Of a stretch of DNA of 64,000 bases, positions 25,929 through 35,797 are shown in pieces. Both the position numbers and the translations under genes were made by a program. The stretch is from contig JBBRNJ010000013.1 of assembly GCA_038230375.1 (NCBI GenBank), positions 1 to 64,000 on the forward strand. Reading direction: 5' to 3'. The stretch is from Polyangiales bacterium. GTDB taxonomy: Bacteria; Myxococcota_A; Polyangia; Polyangiales; Polyangiaceae. A model generated the notes under the pieces. That model saw nothing but the letters and a program-made list of their open reading frames with translations. It searched no databases and was not told where the DNA came from. Position 1 is the first letter of the stretch. Each line of letters starts with the position of its first letter.

Positions 25929-26834
25929 AGTGCTGGTGGGGACGTCGCGGCAGACGACGTGCGCGTGCGTCCCGAAGTTCACGCTCGCGTCCGAGCCGCC
26001 CGAGAAGTAGAGCGCGCACTCCTTGTCGTTCTCGCAGCCGGTGTACTGGCAGTAGCCGCTGAGGCACGAGTAGAACGAGTAGTTCATGGGCGAGCCGCAC
26101 TCGAGATCCGTCTGGCAAGGCACGACGCACGTGCCATCCGTCCGGCATGTGGCCTGGACGTTGTGCGTGGCAGCGACGCACTCGCGATCGGTCTGGCAGG
26201 TACCCGAGACGCACCTGGTGCTGACGCAGCGGTTGAACGACGGACAGTCGCCGTCGGTCTGACAGGGCGGCTGGCAGCTGCCATTGTCGCAGTAGTCGCC
26301 ATTGGGGCACTGCGCATCATCTGTACACTGCACGCATTTTCCGCCGGAGCATTTGAGCGAGCCGTTCGGTGATCCGTTGTTGCAGTCCGGGTCGGTGTTG
26401 CAGTGTGTCTGGCAGTGACCGTTCTCGCACGTGAGCTTGGTCGTGTCGCACTTGCAGTACTGGTTGTACTGCTGACAGGCGAAGGTGCCCAGGCCGCCGT
26501 CACCGCACTGCGCCTTGTACATGTCGCACGTGGCCTGCGGGTAGATCGAGTTGCAGCAGTCGTCCGCGACGGCGCACTGGATGATGTCGCACTTCTTGGC
26601 CGTCTTCGCGATGTTGAACTCGCCCGTGACGCACACGCCGCCGCTGCCGGTGGGCGTGGGAATACAGGACAAGCCGCCCCCGCAGTCGTTGGTCGTCTGG
26701 CAGGCCTCTCCCTTCCGCGAGGCCCGCGAGGGCTGGGACTGCGTCGTGCTGTTGCCACACGCCGCGATGACGCACAGCGTGCCCGTCGTCAGCGCGACGA
26801 CACCCACCACCATCCCGAACATCCCCTGCTTCAT
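25923..26834 (-). CDS. Cys-rich repeat lipoprotein
   Basis: Lipobox IAAC; many CxTDxxC units (CQTTNDC, CNTDPDC, CQTDGDC, CQTDREC). Confidence 0.8.
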   Translation of the reverse strand: MKQGMFGMVVGVVALTTGTLCVIAACGNSTTQSQPSRASRKGEACQTTNDCGGGLSCIPTPTGSGGVCVTGEFNIAKTAKKCDIIQCAVADDCCNSIYPQATCDMYKAQCGDGGLGTFACQQYNQYCKCDTTKLTCENGHCQTHCNTDPDCNNGSPNGSLKCSGGKCVQCTDDAQCPNGDYCDNGSCQPPCQTDGDCPSFNRCVSTRCVSGTCQTDRECVAATHNVQATCRTDGTCVVPCQTDLECGSPMNYSFYSCLSGYCQYTGCENDKECALYFSGGSDASVNFGTHAHVVCRDVPTSTQ

Positions 26835-26885
26835 CGGTACCCCCACCGCAAAGATTCTGCGGCTGAGGCTACCAGGAACCTGCGC

Positions 26886-27611
26886 CTATGTCTGTTCGTT
26901 CATGGGTCGCATGATGACGTTCACGATGCGCGAGCGGCTGCGCGGGAGGACGGAGAGCAGCACCGCCTCGGCCACGTCGTCGGCCGTGGAGAAGCCCTTC
27001 ATGTTCGCGCCGTCCGGCGTGCGGCCATCGCCCAGTGCGAAGTGCGTCTCGACGCCGCCCGGGCACACCAGGCTCACCTTGATGTTCTTCTCGTAGAACT
27101 CGCGGTCGAGCGACTGTGACAGCGCGACCTGCGCGGACTTCGACATGCAGTAGATGCCCTCGTTCGGGTAGCCCTGAAGGCCGGCGACGCTCGAGAGGTT
27201 CACGATGTTTCCGCCGCCCTGCTTGAGCATGTGGGGGATGACCTCCTTGCAGAAGAGCCAGGTCGATTTCGCGTTCGTGTCCATGATGTGGTCGTAGTCG
27301 TCCTCGGTCCACTCGAGGAACGGCCTGTAGCCGCCGATGCCCGCGTTGTTCACGAGGATGTCGATGCGGCCGAAGTCGCTGATGGTCTGCTTCACGCACG
27401 CGCCGACCTCCGCGGACTTCGTGACGTCGCAGGCGAAGGTATGCGCCTTGATGCCAAGCGCCGTGAGCTCCTTCTCGAGCGCCTCCAGATCGTCGTGCGT
27501 CCGGGCCGTTCCGCAGATCGAGGCGCCTTCGCGGGCGAGGGCGAGGCAGCTCGCGCGACCGATCCCGCGGCTGGCTCCGGTGACGAGAGCGACTTTGTCC
27601 TTGAGACGCAT
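26886..27611 (-). CDS. Short-chain dehydrogenase/reductase
   Basis: TGASRGIG, NNAG, SS, YCMSK (YxxxK). Confidence 0.93.
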   Translation of the reverse strand: MRLKDKVALVTGASRGIGRASCLALAREGASICGTARTHDDLEALEKELTALGIKAHTFACDVTKSAEVGACVKQTISDFGRIDILVNNAGIGGYRPFLEWTEDDYDHIMDTNAKSTWLFCKEVIPHMLKQGGGNIVNLSSVAGLQGYPNEGIYCMSKSAQVALSQSLDREFYEKNIKVSLVCPGGVETHFALGDGRTPDGANMKGFSTADDVAEAVLLSVLPRSRSRIVNVIMRPMNEQT

Positions 27612-27658
27612 GATCTTCTCCTTCGCGATGAGAGCTTCGGAGGCAGCAGCCTAGCCGA

Positions 27659-28630
27659 TCACGAGGCGCGTGAGGGGGGCCGACGTGCGCGATCGATCGC
27701 CACCGCCACGAAGATGATCCCGCCAGTGACGATCTCCTGCACCCAGCTCGGCATGCCCATGTGGACTGCGCCTGTCCGGATCACGGTCATGAGCAACGCG
27801 CCCAGGACCGAGCCGACGATGCTCCCCTCCCCGCCGGAGAGCGGTGCGCCGCCGATGACCACCGCCGCGATCACCTCGAGCTCGAGCCCGAACGAGTCGG
27901 TCGGATCACCTACGGTCAGCGTCGAGAACTCCATGAGGCCCGCGACGCCGGCGAGCATGGAGGACAGGGCGTACACGAGGATCTTCACGCGTGCAGCGTT
28001 GATGCCGCAGAGCTTGGCCGCGGCCTCGTTCGAGCCCACCGCGAGCACGTGACGCCCGAAGCGCGTGTAGTCGAGAAGTGCAGCTGTCGCGAGCGCGAGG
28101 CCGAGCGCGATCCAGATGCCCGGCGATGCGAGGCTGGCGTCGAGCAGCCGATCGAGGCCGTGTGGATCGCAGTCGATCTTCTGCTCGGAGGCAAGGCCCT
28201 TCGCGACGCCCCGCAGCGCCGTCATGGCCCCGAGGGTCACGACGAACGGCATCATCCGCAGGCGCCCCACGAAGAAGCCGATCAGCGCTCCCACGCCCGC
28301 CGCCACCGCCACCCCGCACAGGATCGCGAACGCGGGGCTCGAGCCGCTCTTGAGGAGCTTCGCGATGATCACCGTCGTGAGCGCGACGAGCGAGCCAGTC
28401 GAGAGGTCAATGCCACCGGTCACGATCACCAGCGTCATGCCCAGCGCGCAGATCGCGACCACGACCGTCTGCCGCCCCATCATCGGCAGGTTCTGGGCGC
28501 GCAGGAACGAGTGCTCTGGCGTGATGATCGCGAAGACCGCGTAGACCACGAGCAACGCGACGAGCGGTCCGAGCCACGCCGGCCGACGCATGGAACGGAT
28601 CGCGTCGAGGGTACCCGTGATGCCGCTCAC
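27659..28630 (-). CDS. Monosaccharide ABC transporter permease (RbsC-like)
   Basis: GMTLVIVTGGIDLS, PFVVTLG, T.FGR...AVG.N.AA.L.GI, EL.VIAAVVIGG..L.GG.G; GTG at 28630 overlaps the upstream stop. Confidence 0.92.
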   Translation of the reverse strand: MSGITGTLDAIRSMRRPAWLGPLVALLVVYAVFAIITPEHSFLRAQNLPMMGRQTVVVAICALGMTLVIVTGGIDLSTGSLVALTTVIIAKLLKSGSSPAFAILCGVAVAAGVGALIGFFVGRLRMMPFVVTLGAMTALRGVAKGLASEQKIDCDPHGLDRLLDASLASPGIWIALGLALATAALLDYTRFGRHVLAVGSNEAAAKLCGINAARVKILVYALSSMLAGVAGLMEFSTLTVGDPTDSFGLELEVIAAVVIGGAPLSGGEGSIVGSVLGALLMTVIRTGAVHMGMPSWVQEIVTGGIIFVAVAIDRARRPPSRAS

Positions 28631-30135
28631 GACGCTGCCTCCAGGAGGAGCTTCTGCTCGGTCCATTCGGAGACCGGGCACGAGGGCAACAGGACGCCAC
28701 GGCGGAGGACGGCAATGCGGTCACAGGTCGCGACGAGCTCCTCGAGCTGACTCGACACGAGCACGACGCCCTTGCCGCGCCGGGCGAGCGTGCGGAGGAG
28801 CTCGAGCACCTGGGCCTTGCTCGCGACGTCGATGCCTCGCGTGGGCTCGTCTACCAGCAGCACGTCGTAGTCCTCACGCAACAAGCGTGCAATCTGCACC
28901 TTTTGCTGGTTGCCGCCCGAGAGATCGCCGGTGCGCTGCGCGGGCCCGCTCGCGCGGATCGAGAGCTCGGCGATCCACCTCGCGCCCTCGGCGTGGACGC
29001 GTGCAGGCTGGACCATGAACGGGCCGCGCGCGGAGAGCTCGATGTTGTCGGCGACGGAGCGTCCGAGCATGAGGCCCTCGCCGCCGCGGTCCTCGCTGAG
29101 GAGTCCGATGCCACGCGGCGCGGTGAGCACGACCTTCCCGCTGCTCGCCGGGTCGAGGCCGAGGATCGTGCGCAGCAGCTCGGTTCGGCCGGAGCCCACG
29201 AGGCCCGCGATGCCGAGGATCTCGCCGCGACGGAGGACGAACGAGGCCTCGCGAGGCTTTGTCTTGCCCGCGACGGCGCGGAGCTCGAGGAGCGGCTCGC
29301 GCTCCTTCATGTCGGCCGCATCGACACCGCGATAGCCGGGCGCGCGTTCGGCGTCTGCCCCGCCGCGGTCCGTCTCGAGCTCTCGGCCGAGCATTGCGTG
29401 GACGATCTTCTCCGGCGCTGTCGTCTTCGCGTCGCCCGAGCCGCAGACCTTTCCGTCGCGGAGGACCGTGTAACCATCGGCATGTTCGCGCACGTCGGAG
29501 AGAAAATGCGTGACGAGCACGATCGCGAGCCCCGCGTCGGCGAGCGCGCGCACCCGCAAGAAAAGCCTGTCCGCATCGCTCTTGCCGAGGCTCGCGGTGG
29601 GCTCGTCGAGCACGAGGACCTTCGCCCGCACGCCCGCAGCAAGGGTCCCGAGCCCGCCCTGCGCCAGCGCGCGTGCGATCTCCACGAGCTGCTGATCGGC
29701 GACGGAGAGCTCGCGCACACGTGCCCCGAGCGGGATGCGTCCGTCGCCCGCGACGAGCCCGAGCGCCCGTGCCGCGATCGCTCGGGCCTCGCCGCGTCGG
29801 AGCACTCCCTGGGAGCTGGGCTCGATCCCGAGCACGATGTTCTCGACCACGTCGAGCGCGGGGCACAGCGTGCGCTCCTGGGGGACCATCACGACGCCGC
29901 GCTGGCGCGCATCGGCGGGACCGCGCGGCGCATAGGGACCGTCGGCGAGCGAGATCACGCCGCGGTCCGCGCGCTCGAGCCCAAGGAGGATGCGCATGAG
30001 CGTGCTCTTGCCGGCACCGTTCTGACCGAGCACGGCGTGGACCTCTCCGCGGCGCACCTGGAGATCGATCCCGCGCAGCACGGCCACAGGGCCGAACGAT
30101 TTCTCGATGCCAAGGACGGAGAGCGCGGACGTCAC
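28627..30135 (-). CDS. Monosaccharide ABC transporter ATP-binding protein (RbsA-like, two NBDs)
   Basis: GQNGAGKST, LDEPT, LSGGNQQKV, DEPTRGID. Confidence 0.92.
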   Translation of the reverse strand: MTSALSVLGIEKSFGPVAVLRGIDLQVRRGEVHAVLGQNGAGKSTLMRILLGLERADRGVISLADGPYAPRGPADARQRGVVMVPQERTLCPALDVVENIVLGIEPSSQGVLRRGEARAIAARALGLVAGDGRIPLGARVRELSVADQQLVEIARALAQGGLGTLAAGVRAKVLVLDEPTASLGKSDADRLFLRVRALADAGLAIVLVTHFLSDVREHADGYTVLRDGKVCGSGDAKTTAPEKIVHAMLGRELETDRGGADAERAPGYRGVDAADMKEREPLLELRAVAGKTKPREASFVLRRGEILGIAGLVGSGRTELLRTILGLDPASSGKVVLTAPRGIGLLSEDRGGEGLMLGRSVADNIELSARGPFMVQPARVHAEGARWIAELSIRASGPAQRTGDLSGGNQQKVQIARLLREDYDVLLVDEPTRGIDVASKAQVLELLRTLARRGKGVVLVSSQLEELVATCDRIAVLRRGVLLPSCPVSEWTEQKLLLEAAS

Positions 30136-31178
30136 TCCCCTAGCCACTTCTTGAGGTCGGGCGCGATGACCTCCTTGACCGCCGGGTCTTCCAGGTTGTC
30201 CTTGGTGACGAGGCGTGCGCCCGTGTCGATGCGACGCTCGACCTTCTTGCCGCGAAGGTGCTCGGTCATGGTCTTGACCGCGAGGTAGCCCATGTTGAAG
30301 GGGTTTTGCACGACGAGCCCGTCGATGTCGCCGTCCTTCAATGCGGAGACCAGCTTCTCGGAGGCGTCGAAGCCGACGAACTTGGTCTTCTTCGCGAGGT
30401 TTCCTTTGCGGAGTGCGAGCAGCATCCCGAATGTGGTCGACTCGTTCGGCGTGAAGATGCCGTTGACGCCTCCGGTGTCGGCCTTCTGCGCGACGAGTAG
30501 CCCTTCGCCCTTCGCGAACGCGCTCTCGGTGGTGGCGCCGCCGTACTGGTTGTCGCTCACGACCGTGAGAGTGGGCTTTGCGTGGACCGCGTCGAGGAAG
30601 CCTTTTTCGCGGTTCGCGGTGCTCGCCGACCCAACCTGGTAGCGGAGCATCATGACGTTGCCCTTGTCACCCAGGAGCTTTGCGATGTGGTCGCCGGCCA
30701 GCTTGCCCGCCGCGACGTTGTCGGTCGCGACGAAGCTCACGTGATCGTCGCCCTGGAGATCGGAGTCGAAGATCACGACGGGGATCTTCGCGGCGGTGGC
30801 CTCCTTCACGGGCGCGCGGAGCGCCGTGTCGTTGAGCGGCGCGAGCACGATGCCGCTCACGCCCTGCGCAACGAACGTGCTCACCACGTCGACCTGGGCC
30901 TTGAGATCGTCCTCCTTGAGCGGCCCCTTCCACACGATGTCGACGTCGAGCTCCTTCGCGGCCTTCACGGCGCCAGCGTGCACGCTCTTCCAGAACTCGT
31001 GCGTCGTGCCCTTGGGGATGACCGCGATCTTGAGGCGCGCAGTGGTCGCCGGCGCTGCGCCACCTTCACCGTCCGCGGTGGGCTTCGGGGCGTCCTTGGG
31101 GCACGCCATCAAGAGGAGCGACCCGAGCACCACCAGGAGAGACCACAGGGGCGCGAGAGCGAGCGAGCGCGTCTTCAT
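30132..31178 (-). CDS. Monosaccharide ABC transporter substrate-binding lipoprotein (RbsB-like)
   Basis: Lipobox LMAC; IAVIPKGTTHEFW, IPVVIFDS, VATDN..AG, VQNPFNMGY. Confidence 0.92.
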   Translation of the reverse strand: MKTRSLALAPLWSLLVVLGSLLLMACPKDAPKPTADGEGGAAPATTARLKIAVIPKGTTHEFWKSVHAGAVKAAKELDVDIVWKGPLKEDDLKAQVDVVSTFVAQGVSGIVLAPLNDTALRAPVKEATAAKIPVVIFDSDLQGDDHVSFVATDNVAAGKLAGDHIAKLLGDKGNVMMLRYQVGSASTANREKGFLDAVHAKPTLTVVSDNQYGGATTESAFAKGEGLLVAQKADTGGVNGIFTPNESTTFGMLLALRKGNLAKKTKFVGFDASEKLVSALKDGDIDGLVVQNPFNMGYLAVKTMTEHLRGKKVERRIDTGARLVTKDNLEDPAVKEVIAPDLKKWLGE

Positions 31179-31212
31179 CGCCAAGGAGACTACCGCGACC
31201 CACCCCGATGGG

Positions 31213-31473
31213 TCACGTTCCGCACACGCCGCACCAACTCCCGGACGCCAGCGAAGCGACGGCGATCGCGACGATCCCGAAGAGGATCGCCGAGAGCGCG
31301 ATGAGGAGGATGCCAATGGCGAGCACCCCGTCGACGACCAGCAGCGCGAGCTCGCGCAGGCGGCGGTGTCGTGCCTCGTCCCGGAGCGCAAGGTGTGGCG
31401 GGACCGCGGCTCCGAGGTAGGGCGGGCGAATGGGCTCCAGATGCATGGACGCGGGACGTTTGGCAACGCCCAC
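31213..31473 (-). CDS. Small hypothetical membrane protein
   Basis: 86-aa ORF with a long hydrophobic segment and a terminal WCGVCG; start uncertain. Confidence 0.45.
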   Translation of the reverse strand: MGVAKRPASMHLEPIRPPYLGAAVPPHLALRDEARHRRLRELALLVVDGVLAIGILLIALSAILFGIVAIAVASLASGSWCGVCGT

Positions 31474-31534
31474 TCATGCGACCACTCGCCCTGCGCTCAC
31501 GACCACTCGCGCGGGAAACGCGCAGCGATCGGGG

Positions 31535-31885
31535 CTACTGGCAGAACCCGCGCGGCGTGCAGTTGCCGTTCGTCGGCGGGTTGGGACAATCCGTTGGATC
31601 GGCCTGCGGGCCGTTCGACCCTGTGTACGCGCACGATTTGGTGCATTGAACCAGGGACCCGATGGAGGCACAGAGATTGTATTCGCCCACGCACGCGGGA
31701 TCGACCCCGCCTCCTGCCGTCGAGCCGCCTTCTGCGCCTGTGCCGCCGCCCCCACCGCCGCCCGTGTTGATCGGGTTCTTGCACGGCGTGCCAAAGCCGC
31801 CAACGCTACCGCCGTCCCCACCCGCGTCGGCCGTGGCGGCTTCGGTACCTGCCCTGGCGCGCGCCCGTCCGTCAGAAACGACGCT
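31535..31885 (-). pseudogene. Start-less remnant of a Cys-rich lipoprotein
   Basis: Manual translation ..ATADAGGDGGSVGGFGTPCKNP..DPACVGEYNLC..QCTKSC..TDCPNPPTNGNCTPRGFCQ*; no upstream start codon or signal peptide; begins in frame right after the TGA at 31886-31888. Confidence 0.6.
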
Positions 31886-32392
31886 TCAGAAACCGACCGT
31901 CGCGAGGTTGGAGCCTGGATACAGATTCGCGGCGATCTTCTTGGCCTTGCGGAGGAGCGTGGCGAGACGCTCGCCTGTCGCCTTGTCCAGGCCTCGTTCA
32001 TCGCCGTAGAACGACGAGTTGTTGACCTGCGCGACGGGCGTCGTGGTGGCGGCGCGAAAGAGGAGCCCGCCGTCACCGTAGTAGAGCCACAGCTGGAACT
32101 GAACGACGTTGTCCTGGTCGAGCACGTCGTACCACTCGACGTCGCATTCGGCGAACGCGTCGAGCCCGCCGGTGAAGAGCTCCGCTGGAGCCGTTGTGAG
32201 CGCTCGCTGCTGCGTGATGGACTCGTCGTAGACGCCCAGGATGAAGAGGAGCTGCTTTCGGTCGGTCGGTGTGAGCTTCGACTTCGCAAGCCACGTCGCC
32301 GATTCGTCGATGGCGAACGTTCGCCGGTTCGCGAAGCGCAGGCTCGTCACCGTCTTCAGCAGCTTCGTGGTGTGCGCGAGCGCGGCGTTCAC
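31886..32392 (-). CDS. Hypothetical protein
   Basis: Protein-like ORF with GTGA coupling to the upstream gene; no family recognised. Confidence 0.6.
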   Translation of the reverse strand: MNAALAHTTKLLKTVTSLRFANRRTFAIDESATWLAKSKLTPTDRKQLLFILGVYDESITQQRALTTAPAELFTGGLDAFAECDVEWYDVLDQDNVVQFQLWLYYGDGGLLFRAATTTPVAQVNNSSFYGDERGLDKATGERLATLLRKAKKIAANLYPGSNLATVGF

Positions 32393-32994
32393 GGTTTGGT
32401 CCACCGAGGCGCGCGGCCTCTCCACGACGGCGCGACTGCACGCAGCGCCTTCACGCGATCCTTGGCGTGCTCGATGTCAGCGGTGTGTGCGGCGACGGGC
32501 TCGATGTCCGCGCGGATCGCGTCCCAGACCGCATCGCACGCCAGATCCACCGGGTCCACGCCGGCGGGCGCGCGGACGCGCCCTGCATGTGCCCACACGG
32601 CGGGAATGGATGCCGACAACTTCGCGCAGACGAGCGCGACCTTCACAGCGTCCTTGCGATCATCGCTCGTCGCCGCTTCGAGCGCCGTCACCAGCGTCGA
32701 GGTCGCGTAGTTCATGCATATACCGAGCGGCTCGTCCGTCTTCGCCAGCTTGTTGCATGCGGACGCCCCCAGATCGGAGAGCGCGCCCGCTCGCTTGCGG
32801 AGCACGCCCACCGCGACCGGCTCGCCGAACGCCGCGTCCACCAGGAACAGAAGCTCCTTCGCGAACACCTTCGTTGCGCTGCTCGGAAGCCACGGCTCCA
32901 TGCGAATCGCACATCGCGCGGAGAAGAGCATCACACCCGAACGCGAGAGCGCTCGTAGCTCGCCAGGCTTGACCGCCCACTGCCGCAGACTCAT
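32389..32994 (-). CDS. Hypothetical alpha-helical protein
   Basis: ATG 32994 just after the protease stop; coupled to the downstream gene; no family recognised with confidence. Confidence 0.6.
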   Translation of the reverse strand: MSLRQWAVKPGELRALSRSGVMLFSARCAIRMEPWLPSSATKVFAKELLFLVDAAFGEPVAVGVLRKRAGALSDLGASACNKLAKTDEPLGICMNYATSTLVTALEAATSDDRKDAVKVALVCAKLSASIPAVWAHAGRVRAPAGVDPVDLACDAVWDAIRADIEPVAAHTADIEHAKDRVKALRAVAPSWRGRAPRWTKP

Positions 32995-32998
32995 GGCG

Positions 32999-34024
32999 CT
33001 ACGGCTTAGCGCGACCGCGGCGCCGAAGCGAGAGCACAGCGACGGCCGCAAGAAGCCACGTCCCGGCGCCCAGACCGTCTTCGCCTCTGGCCGCTGTGAG
33101 CGCGCAGCCGCCGCTGGTCGTGCTTGTCGGCGCTGCGACGACGTCGCTTGCGTCCGGCGCGTCGCCTGCGTCGGCGCTACTGGGGTTTGCGGCGGCAAGG
33201 GCCTTTGCGAAGAGATCCGCATGCGCGGCCACCGTGGTGAACACGTCGGGGCCATTCGCGCAGTCCGACGTGCGCGAGACGATCGCGACGACCTCGCCCC
33301 CGCTCGAGATGGCCGCGCCGCCGCTGTCCCCATGGCAGAACACGGGCGTGGTGGCGAGCTCGCCCGCGGAGACCACCGTGTCCGCGCCGCCATCCATCAG
33401 CTCGACGGGCCCTAGGCTCGTGACGGCAACGCCCGCGCGCTCTTGCCGGGTGTCCGGAAAATCTCCCTGCGCGTCGACCTCACCAGTGCCGATCACGGTC
33501 AGCAGGTCTCCCACCGACGGCGCCGTCTTGCCCACGACGGCCGGTGTGACGTCAGTGATCGGCTTGTTCAGGACGACGAACGCGATGTCTTCAGCGCACA
33601 GCGTGTTTCCTTCGGGCGCGACGATCTGCGTGCCGTGCACGCCGACGAACTTCTTCTGCAGATAGGCGTCACGCGTGAAGGTGAGATGCTCCGGGGGGAA
33701 ATCAGAATGGAAGTGAATGGGCTGGGGACCGCTGGCCCTGCAGCTGGACGTGCCGGCCAGGTTGGCGACGCAGTGCCGCGCCGTCATCACCAGGTTGGGC
33801 GCGACGAGGATCGCGTTGCACTCGAGGCCGTTCGTCTCCACCGCGTTCACGATCACGATCACGTAGTCGTGGGACGCGGGCGAGGCCCCACCATCGAAGA
33901 TGAGCGGATGCACGCTCGCGGTTCCCATCGCGCGCGTGCCGACGGGCTGCGTGCGATCCGAGCACGCGGTCGTGAGAAGAAGAAGCGTCCCGAGAGCAGG
34001 CAGCAAGCTGCGCAATGTGAGCAT
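32999..34024 (-). CDS. Trypsin-like S1 serine protease with a MYXO-CTERM sorting signal
   Basis: TARHC, EDIA, CHGDSGG triad; C-terminal GGC..hydrophobic..RRR. Confidence 0.9.
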   Translation of the reverse strand: MLTLRSLLPALGTLLLLTTACSDRTQPVGTRAMGTASVHPLIFDGGASPASHDYVIVIVNAVETNGLECNAILVAPNLVMTARHCVANLAGTSSCRASGPQPIHFHSDFPPEHLTFTRDAYLQKKFVGVHGTQIVAPEGNTLCAEDIAFVVLNKPITDVTPAVVGKTAPSVGDLLTVIGTGEVDAQGDFPDTRQERAGVAVTSLGPVELMDGGADTVVSAGELATTPVFCHGDSGGAAISSGGEVVAIVSRTSDCANGPDVFTTVAAHADLFAKALAAANPSSADAGDAPDASDVVAAPTSTTSGGCALTAARGEDGLGAGTWLLAAVAVLSLRRRGRAKP

Positions 34025-34126
34025 GGGGTCGAGTGAGGAAAGCACGACGCGTGCCTACAATCGTCCTCGAATCTCTGCGAAATTCGAGCGTGCACCATCG
34101 CGGCCGTCAGCAATCGCACGTCGCGG

Positions 34127-35029
34127 TCACTCCGCTAGCTTTTCTCCGCACGTGACGCACGTGCTCACGTAGCACCGCCGGAACGCCAGCACGCGGCGTG
34201 TCGCGCGCTGCGTAGCATCGAACATCTGGTCCTGGTCCCCCGCGTGCGCGACGACGATCGGTGGTCGCGGCCACGGCGGTGCGTCGCCCTCCCAGCCCAG
34301 GAGGAGCGCATCGTGTCCGCGCGGACACTTCGTCACGGCTGCCACGAAGTACGCGGGAAACGCGGCAAGATCGAACGGCAGCTTCTTCGTCAGCTGCGTG
34401 CGCGTCACCTTCTCCGCGCGCTCTTCGCGCCGCGCGAGCCCACGGCGGCCTGGATGGTCCGCGCAGAACCATGGCAGGAACTTGTCACGAACAGGCGAGA
34501 GCTCGCGGCCCATGGTCGCGCACGTCGCTGCGGCGTCCACCTCTATCCACGGCATGCCCAGCTCGAACGCCTTCACCTCGTCCACGGCATGCGTGTGCCG
34601 GATCTCGACCGCAGCGATGGGAAGCCCGCCTGGCCCCAGGAAGGCCACATCCACGACATGCCCCGTCTTCAGGCGATGCTCCGCGACGGCGCCGAGCACC
34701 TTCTTCGGTACGGCCTGACGCGTTCGTGCATCGCACCCTGACTCCGCGCACCCACGCGAGATGACCGGCGGCGAGCCTCCCGCACGCCACTCTGCAATCG
34801 CTTGCACGACGAGCTCCTTCGCGCCGGTGTGGAGCGCGGTCTCCTCGCTGCACACGGCAGTCGCATGATGGAAGTGTCGCCTCTTCTTCTGTCCAGCGTG
34901 CAGGTCCACCGCCGTGCCGCATGCGGGACACGTGTATTTTCTCCCCTTCTGCGCGTCCTCGGGCGGGAGGAGCTTGCCATGCGAGTCGCGCGCCACGGGA
35001 ACCCGGAAGCCAGTCACGGCGTCGAGCAT
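34127..35029 (-). CDS. CoiA-like PD-(D/E)XK nuclease-family protein with zinc-finger motifs
   Basis: YTCPACG..HFHH..C.ETALH..AK; EH.....VDV.....AVEIRHTH; C-terminal CPRGH...CVTCG. Confidence 0.7.
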   Translation of the reverse strand: MLDAVTGFRVPVARDSHGKLLPPEDAQKGRKYTCPACGTAVDLHAGQKKRRHFHHATAVCSEETALHTGAKELVVQAIAEWRAGGSPPVISRGCAESGCDARTRQAVPKKVLGAVAEHRLKTGHVVDVAFLGPGGLPIAAVEIRHTHAVDEVKAFELGMPWIEVDAAATCATMGRELSPVRDKFLPWFCADHPGRRGLARREERAEKVTRTQLTKKLPFDLAAFPAYFVAAVTKCPRGHDALLLGWEGDAPPWPRPPIVVAHAGDQDQMFDATQRATRRVLAFRRCYVSTCVTCGEKLAE

Positions 35030-35107
35030 ACGGGATGCGCAAGAGGAACGGCGACAGGCGTGTCAGGGCCTTCATGATGCGGCGACGCCCGGGCCCGACA
35101 AAAGGGC

Positions 35108-35779
35108 GTGCACTCGAGCTGGAACGTTGGTTGCTTCCGTGAGACCCATGCGCACACACTGGTTGTCCGTGACGATTGCGTCGGCGGTTGCGACGGCCCT
35201 GGCAGGCCAGGGGTGTTCGGTCGCATCGAAGACCTGGCGCGCGAGCTCGCATTTCATGGCGCCCCGCCCGAGCTCATCGACGCATGCCGTCGCGCGGCTG
35301 CCGAAGAGGAGCGTCACGCGGCCAACGTGGGCGGGCTCGCGCGACGCTTCGGTGGCATCGTCACCGCGCCATGCGTGGCGCCTCGCACGGCGAAGCGCTC
35401 CGTCGAAGAGCTCGCGCTCGAGAACGCGGTGGAAGGTCAAGTGAGGGAGCTCTTCGGCGCGGCGCAGGCAATGTTTCGGGCCGCACGCTCCACCGATGAA
35501 GGCGTGCGCGCCGTCCAGCGTGAGCTCGCGCGAGAAGAGTGCGGCCACGCAGAGCTCAGCGCGCGGATCGGTGGATTCCTGTTGGCGAAGTTCGACGCGG
35601 AGGCGCGGGGACGCGTGACGGCAGCTGTCGCTCGTGCGCGTCGTGAGCTTCGCCAGGAGCTCGCGCGCTCGTCGTCGAGCCCTGCGCTGATGAGCGTCGC
35701 CGGGGTCCCATCGCGATCAGAGGCCCTCGCCATGTTCGACGCGCTCTCCGCCAGCGGCGCGTTCGAAGCCGCAGCGTAG
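35108..35779 (+). CDS. Myxobacterial ferritin-like domain protein, probably degenerate at the N-terminus
   Basis: LAREL.FHGAP..L....RAA.EE.RHA, LALENAVEG.VRE.FGA, E.GHAELS; the usual first EAASV helix is not visible; start uncertain. Confidence 0.6.
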   Translation: MHSSWNVGCFRETHAHTLVVRDDCVGGCDGPGRPGVFGRIEDLARELAFHGAPPELIDACRRAAAEEERHAANVGGLARRFGGIVTAPCVAPRTAKRSVEELALENAVEGQVRELFGAAQAMFRAARSTDEGVRAVQRELAREECGHAELSARIGGFLLAKFDAEARGRVTAAVARARRELRQELARSSSSPALMSVAGVPSRSEALAMFDALSASGAFEAAA

Positions 35780-35797
35780 GGGCTCGCACGGGGGTCG

